DNA of 62,486 nucleotides from Gammaproteobacteria bacterium (GTDB lineage Bacteria; Pseudomonadota; Gammaproteobacteria; HIGHO2-12-38-15): NCBI GenBank assembly GCA_016218405.1, contig JACREE010000012.1, positions 1 to 62,486 of the forward strand, read 5' to 3'. Shown piece by piece: positions 58,450 to 62,486 of this stretch (position 1 is its first letter; each line of letters starts with the position of its first letter). The notes under the pieces were generated by a model. It saw only the letters and a program-made list of their open reading frames with translations, ran no database searches and was not told where the DNA came from. The position numbers and the translations under genes were made by a program.

Positions 58450-59561
58450 TACAATCCTTCAAAAAATTTTTTCACGGAACCTAACCAGGAGTCAGCCTTG
58501 GGGGTGTGATCTTGCCCATCATTAAGTTCTCGCTCAAACGCAAGTAATAAGTCTTTTTGACGGCGGGTTAAATTTACAGGGGTTTCTACCATGACTTTAC
58601 ACAGGAGATCACCGGGGCTTCCACTGCGTATTGCAGGGACTCCTTTGCCCTTCAGACGAAACATTTTTCCACTTTGCGTGCCAGAAGGAATTTTTAAGTT
58701 AACATGGCCATTCAGTGTAGGAATTTCAATTTCCCCACCCAGCACGGCTGTGACGAAATTCACAGGTACTTCACAATAAAGATCTTTTTCTTCCCGAGTA
58801 AAGATAGAATGGGGCTTGATTTCAATAAACACATACAGATCGCCTGCCGGCGCACCATGCAAACCCGCTTCACCCTCACCACTCAGGCGTATTCTATCTT
58901 CATTATCAATACCAGCGGGTACTTTCACAGATAAAGTTTTGGCGCTGCGTGTGCGACCGTGTCCATGACAATCCAGGCAAGGATTGGTGATAACTTTACC
59001 TTCACCATGGCAGGTTGGACAGGTTTGTTGAATAGAGAAAAAACCTTGCTGCATTCTGACTTGACCGATACCACCACAAGTTCGACAGTTGCTGGGGGTG
59101 GATCCGCTTTTTGCACCCGTGCCATGACAGGTTTTGCAGGCAATCAAGGTGGGCACCTTAATTTCAAGCGTGGCACCATGCACGGCTTGTTCAAGCGTTA
59201 ATGAAAGGTTGTAGCGTAAGTCAGCCCCTCGTTGAGACTGACGTTCAGCTGTTCTGCCTCCGGCAGCGCCAAAAATATCGCCAAAAATATCACCGAAGAT
59301 ATCAGAAAAAGAAGCACCACCACCTGCGCCCGCACCTTCTACACCTGCATCACCAAATTGATCATATGCCGCACGTTTTTGAGGGTTGGACAATACTTCA
59401 TAAGCTCTATTTATTTCTTTAAATTGTTCATCTGCCGCTCTGTCACCTGGGTTACGATCCGGGTGCAGTTTCATGGCTAAACGACGATAGGCTTTCTTGA
59501 TTTCTTCATTTGATGCGTTTCGTGGAACGCCCAAGATATCATAGTGATTTTTTTTGTTCAT
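58449..59561 (-). CDS. dnaJ: Molecular chaperone DnaJ
   Basis: 370 aa with a J domain (HPDRNPGD), a G/F region ([12 protein letters not shown]) and four CxxCxGxG zinc motifs. Confidence 0.98.
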
Positions 59562-59580
59562 TGAGATCCGGTCAATTGTA

Positions 59581-59601
59581 CCCCCCGCTAAAAACGGGGG
59601 G
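59581..59601. other. GC-rich stem-loop (CCCCCCG-ctaaaaa-CGGGGGG) in the dnaK-dnaJ spacer
   Basis: A perfect 7-bp G/C stem lies between the dnaK stop (59611) and the dnaJ start (59561). It could be an intra-operon attenuator or RNA-processing/stability element. Confidence 0.5.
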
Positions 59602-59610
59602 TTATTTTAT

Positions 59611-61569
59611 TTATTTCTTTACTTCTTCAAACTCAGCATCAACGACATCGTCTCCGCCCCCTTTTTTACCTGTGTCATGGTGTTCACCTTGATGAGAGCC
59701 ACCTGCTTGGCTGCCACCTGTTGAATCACCCCCACCTTGCGCACCGGCTTGAGTTTGTAAGCGTTCAAGCAGTTGCGTGGAAAGGGCAGAGAGGGCTTGC
59801 GTTTTTGCTTCAATAACCGCCTTATCTGTTCCTTTCATGGCTTCCTTGAGGTCGGCTACCGCTGCTTCGATGTGAGATTTTTCATCCGCTGTGACTTTAT
59901 CACCGGCATCCTTAATGGCTTTCAGGGTTGCATGTGTAAGCGAATCAGCTTGGTTGCGTGCATCAACCAACTCATGGAATTTTTTATCTTCCTCAGAATG
60001 CATTTCTGCATCTTTTACCATGCGTTGTATTTCTTCTTCATTTAAGCCGCTGGAAGCTTTAATGACAATGGATTGCGCTTTACCTGTTGCTTTATTTTTC
60101 GCAGAGACATTTAAAATACCATTTGCATCAATATCAAATGTGACTTCGACTTGTGGCATACCGCGAGGTGCAGGAGGAATGTCAGCTAAATCAAAACGGC
60201 CTAATGATTTATTGGCTGAAGCCATTTCTCGTTCACCTTGGAGTACGTGAACAGTAACAGCTGTTTGGTTATCATCCGCCGTAGAAAAAACTTGGCTTGC
60301 CCTCGTGGGAATGGTGGTGTTTTTCTGAATGAGCTTTGTCATTACGCCGCCCATTGTTTCGATACCCAAGGAAAGAGGTGTGACGTCAAGCAACAAGACA
60401 TCTTTTACGTCGCCAGATAATACCCCCCCTTGAATGGCCGCACCGACAGCCACAGCTTCATCAGGGTTAACATCGTGTCGCGCCTCTTTTCCAAAAAACG
60501 CATTAACTGTTTCTTGAACTTTGGGCATGCGTGTTTGTCCGCCCACCAAAATGACTTGATTGATATCAGCCGCCGTTAAGCCTGCATCCTTAAGTGCTAT
60601 TTTGCAAGGTTCAACCGTTCTGGTGATGAGGTCATCAACAAGTGATTCCAGTTTAGCTCGGGTGATTTTGATATTCAGGTGCTTAGGTCCCGAAGCATCT
60701 GCGGTGATGTAGGGTAAATTTACATCAGTTTGTTGCGCAGAAGATAATTCGATTTTAGCTTTTTCAGCCGCTTCTTTTAAGCGCTGCAAGGCTAAAGGAT
60801 CATTGTGCACATCAATTCCTGAATCTTTTTTGAACTCGGCTGCCAAGAATTCAATGAGGCGCAAGTCAAAATCTTCTCCTCCGAGGAAGGTATCCCCATT
60901 GGTGGCCAGCACTTCAAACTGGTGTTCGCCATCTACTTCTGCAATTTCAATGATAGAGATATCAAAGGTACCCCCGCCCAAGTCATAAACAGCGATTTTG
61001 GAGTCGCCTTGTTTTTTGTCTAAGCCATAAGCCAAGGCTGCAGCAGTGGGTTCATTAATGATACGTTTGACTTCAAGACCAGCAATACGCCCCGCGTCTT
61101 TTGTGGCCTGGCGTTGGGAGTCATTAAAATAAGCGGGCACAGTGATAACTGCTTCTGTCACCGTGGTACCTAAATAAGCCTCTGCGGTTGCCTTCATTTT
61201 ACGTAATACTTCGGCGGAAATTTGGGGGGGGGCTAATTCTTTTCCTGCCGCTTTGACCCAAGCATCGCCATTCGTGGCACGCATAATTTCATAAGGCACC
61301 ATTTTGACGTCACGTTGAGTCACAGGATCGTCAAATTTTCGGCCAATTAAACGTTTAATGGCGTACAGTGTGTTTTTAGGATTGGTGACAGCTTGACGCT
61401 TAGCCGCTTCCCCCACTAATACTTCGCCGCCATCTGCTGTGTAGGCCACAATAGAAGGAGTGGTTCGACGACCTTCTGCATTTTCAATCACGTGTGCCTT
61501 GCCTTCAGGAAGCATCACTGCAACACAAGAGTTGGTTGTGCCGAGGTCAATGCCAATAATTTTCGCCAT
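59611..61569 (-). CDS. dnaK: Molecular chaperone DnaK (Hsp70)
   Basis: 652 aa with [18 protein letters not shown] and the C-terminal EVKK. Confidence 0.99.
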   Translation of the reverse strand: MAKIIGIDLGTTNSCVAVMLPEGKAHVIENAEGRRTTPSIVAYTADGGEVLVGEAAKRQAVTNPKNTLYAIKRLIGRKFDDPVTQRDVKMVPYEIMRATNGDAWVKAAGKELAPPQISAEVLRKMKATAEAYLGTTVTEAVITVPAYFNDSQRQATKDAGRIAGLEVKRIINEPTAAALAYGLDKKQGDSKIAVYDLGGGTFDISIIEIAEVDGEHQFEVLATNGDTFLGGEDFDLRLIEFLAAEFKKDSGIDVHNDPLALQRLKEAAEKAKIELSSAQQTDVNLPYITADASGPKHLNIKITRAKLESLVDDLITRTVEPCKIALKDAGLTAADINQVILVGGQTRMPKVQETVNAFFGKEARHDVNPDEAVAVGAAIQGGVLSGDVKDVLLLDVTPLSLGIETMGGVMTKLIQKNTTIPTRASQVFSTADDNQTAVTVHVLQGEREMASANKSLGRFDLADIPPAPRGMPQVEVTFDIDANGILNVSAKNKATGKAQSIVIKASSGLNEEEIQRMVKDAEMHSEEDKKFHELVDARNQADSLTHATLKAIKDAGDKVTADEKSHIEAAVADLKEAMKGTDKAVIEAKTQALSALSTQLLERLQTQAGAQGGGDSTGGSQAGGSHQGEHHDTGKKGGGDDVVDAEFEEVKK

Positions 61570-61603
61570 GGTTGTCTCCAGTAATAAAAATTTGTTTCCG
61601 ATA

Positions 61604-61631
61604 AGGTGGGGATGATCCCGCTCTTTTTCAA
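61604..61631 (-). promoter_or_regulatory. Sigma-32 (RpoH) heat-shock promoter for dnaK
   Basis: The minus strand reads TTGAAA-14 nt-CCCCACCT, about 35 nt upstream of the dnaK ATG. The consensus is CTTGAA-N13-15-CCCCATnT. Confidence 0.65.
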
Positions 61632-61669
61632 TAGGGGCTGTTTATAATTCTAACTACGCTTGTTCAGAA

Positions 61670-62260
61670 TTACTTTGTTACAATCACTAGAGCCGGTCTG
61701 AGTAGACGTTCATGCAAAAGATAACCCTTTTGAAGCACGGTCAGTACGGTGCCTGGTTTCGTTCCAGGTTGTTCTTGCAGGGTCATTGCCTCATGCCAGG
61801 TTGGATTGAAAGCTTCGCCTACAGGGTTTACTTGCTTAACGGATAGTTTTTCAAGGGATCCCATCAATAATTTATAGGTTAGCGCGATACCTTCTTGAAT
61901 TGTATTCAGCTCTGGAGTGGGGTTATTCATGAGCTCCAGGCTTTTTTCAATGCTATCCACGACTGCCAACATATCAACAATCAATTTTTCAGCCCCATAT
62001 TTATAGGCATTACTCACGTCTCTTTCAGCACGTTTACGTAAATTATCCATTTCAGCTTGAGAATAACGCAGCGCTTTGACTGCCTCATTGTATTTTTCTT
62101 CTAACTTGGTTAAGTCATTTTCCAATTCTTCTCGGCTAGGGCAATCTAAGGCTGGCAATTCTGTCGGCGCCTCTAATTCCTCAAATTCAGGTTTGGAGTG
62201 TTTAAGATCGTCTGCGATTTTTTGCCACTTGCTTTCATCGCCGGGGCGGTCATTTTTCAT
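61670..62260 (-). CDS. grpE: Nucleotide exchange factor GrpE
   Basis: 196 aa with a coiled-coil N-terminus, RKRAERD and F.P..HEA motifs. Lies upstream of dnaK. Confidence 0.95.
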   Translation of the reverse strand: MKNDRPGDESKWQKIADDLKHSKPEFEELEAPTELPALDCPSREELENDLTKLEEKYNEAVKALRYSQAEMDNLRKRAERDVSNAYKYGAEKLIVDMLAVVDSIEKSLELMNNPTPELNTIQEGIALTYKLLMGSLEKLSVKQVNPVGEAFNPTWHEAMTLQEQPGTKPGTVLTVLQKGYLLHERLLRPALVIVTK

Positions 62261-62302
62261 TCATTTCTCCTCATTTTAAATACAATCATTCACAGTTCAT
62301 GA

Positions 62303-62330
62303 AAATGGGGATAGCTTTTCCCTATTCAAG
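62303..62330 (-). promoter_or_regulatory. Sigma-32 (RpoH) heat-shock promoter for grpE
   Basis: The minus strand reads CTTGAA-TAGGGAAAAGCTAT-CCCCATTT, a near-perfect match to the E. coli sigma-32 consensus, about 43 nt upstream of the grpE ATG. Confidence 0.75.
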
Positions 62331-62370
62331 ATATAAAATCACCTAATCTATATTTTATTTTGGAGATCCT

Positions 62371-62486
62371 GTGAGTAGATTCAAGAAAGTAGGCATTTTG
62401 GGCAGACCCAAAGTAAGGCATATGACAGAAACGCTCGAAACCTTGACACATTTTTTGGGCAAAATTAATCAAGAATATGTTTTGGA
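62371..62486 (+). CDS. nadK: 5' end of NAD kinase (partial, runs off the window)
   Basis: GTG start with GGAG upstream. VSRFKKVGILGRPKVRHMTETLETLTHFL resembles NadK N-termini. The divergent grpE-nadK arrangement is as in E. coli. Confidence 0.5.
   Translation, partial: MSRFKKVGILGRPKVRHMTETLETLTHFLGKINQEYVL

Noticed and set aside
59250-59300. Tandem 12-bp DNA repeat (gccaaaaatatc-type)
   Set aside because: It lies inside dnaJ and simply encodes the G/F-region [12 protein letters not shown]. It is not an independent element.

Overview
This 62.5 kb window looks like chromosome from a Legionellales-type gammaproteobacterium, because it carries Dot/Icm type IVB secretion genes. All assignments were made by eye from motifs, gene sizes and synteny; no searches were run.

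Most of the window is conserved housekeeping:
- rpoD; accD-folC-dedD-cvpA; an acyl-CoA dehydrogenase
- gpmI-envC-ctpA-rimI; folA-wrbA
- a cytochrome c plus the coxB-coxA-ctaG-coxC oxidase operon
- the complete nuoA-N operon
- tRNA-Leu, secG, tpiA, grpE-dnaK-dnaJ, and the start of nadK

Four accessory patches sit within this backbone:
1. **138-6505, next to a tRNA(CAT).** It holds an F-box/ankyrin/TM protein, a triple palindromic repeat, a DUF4143-type AAA ATPase, and an Hcp-like domain fused to a SleB-type cell-wall hydrolase. The fusion gene overlaps a signal-peptide protein and looks like a toxin/immunity pair.
2. **13308-18469, a stand-alone icmT-S-(R-like)-Q-P-O block.** It stops 2 nt before a convergent XRE/S24 repressor gene.
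3. **23202-30641, an arn-like (L-Ara4N lipid A modification) cluster.** It lacks the ArnA formyltransferase half and arnB, has a WecD-like GNAT, and is interrupted by a YopT-like cysteine protease-ankyrin gene broken by a frameshift in an A9 tract.
4. **37682-42698, an AT-rich island between the cox and nuo operons.** It holds a TcdA/B-like (GT44) DXD glycosyltransferase, an unknown Pro/Ser-tailed protein, and a second overlapping cytoplasmic/secreted gene pair.

The most novel-looking item is the orphan Hcp-hydrolase plus putative immunity module in a T4BSS organism. The frameshifted protease-ankyrin gene and the glycosyltransferase effector candidate come next.
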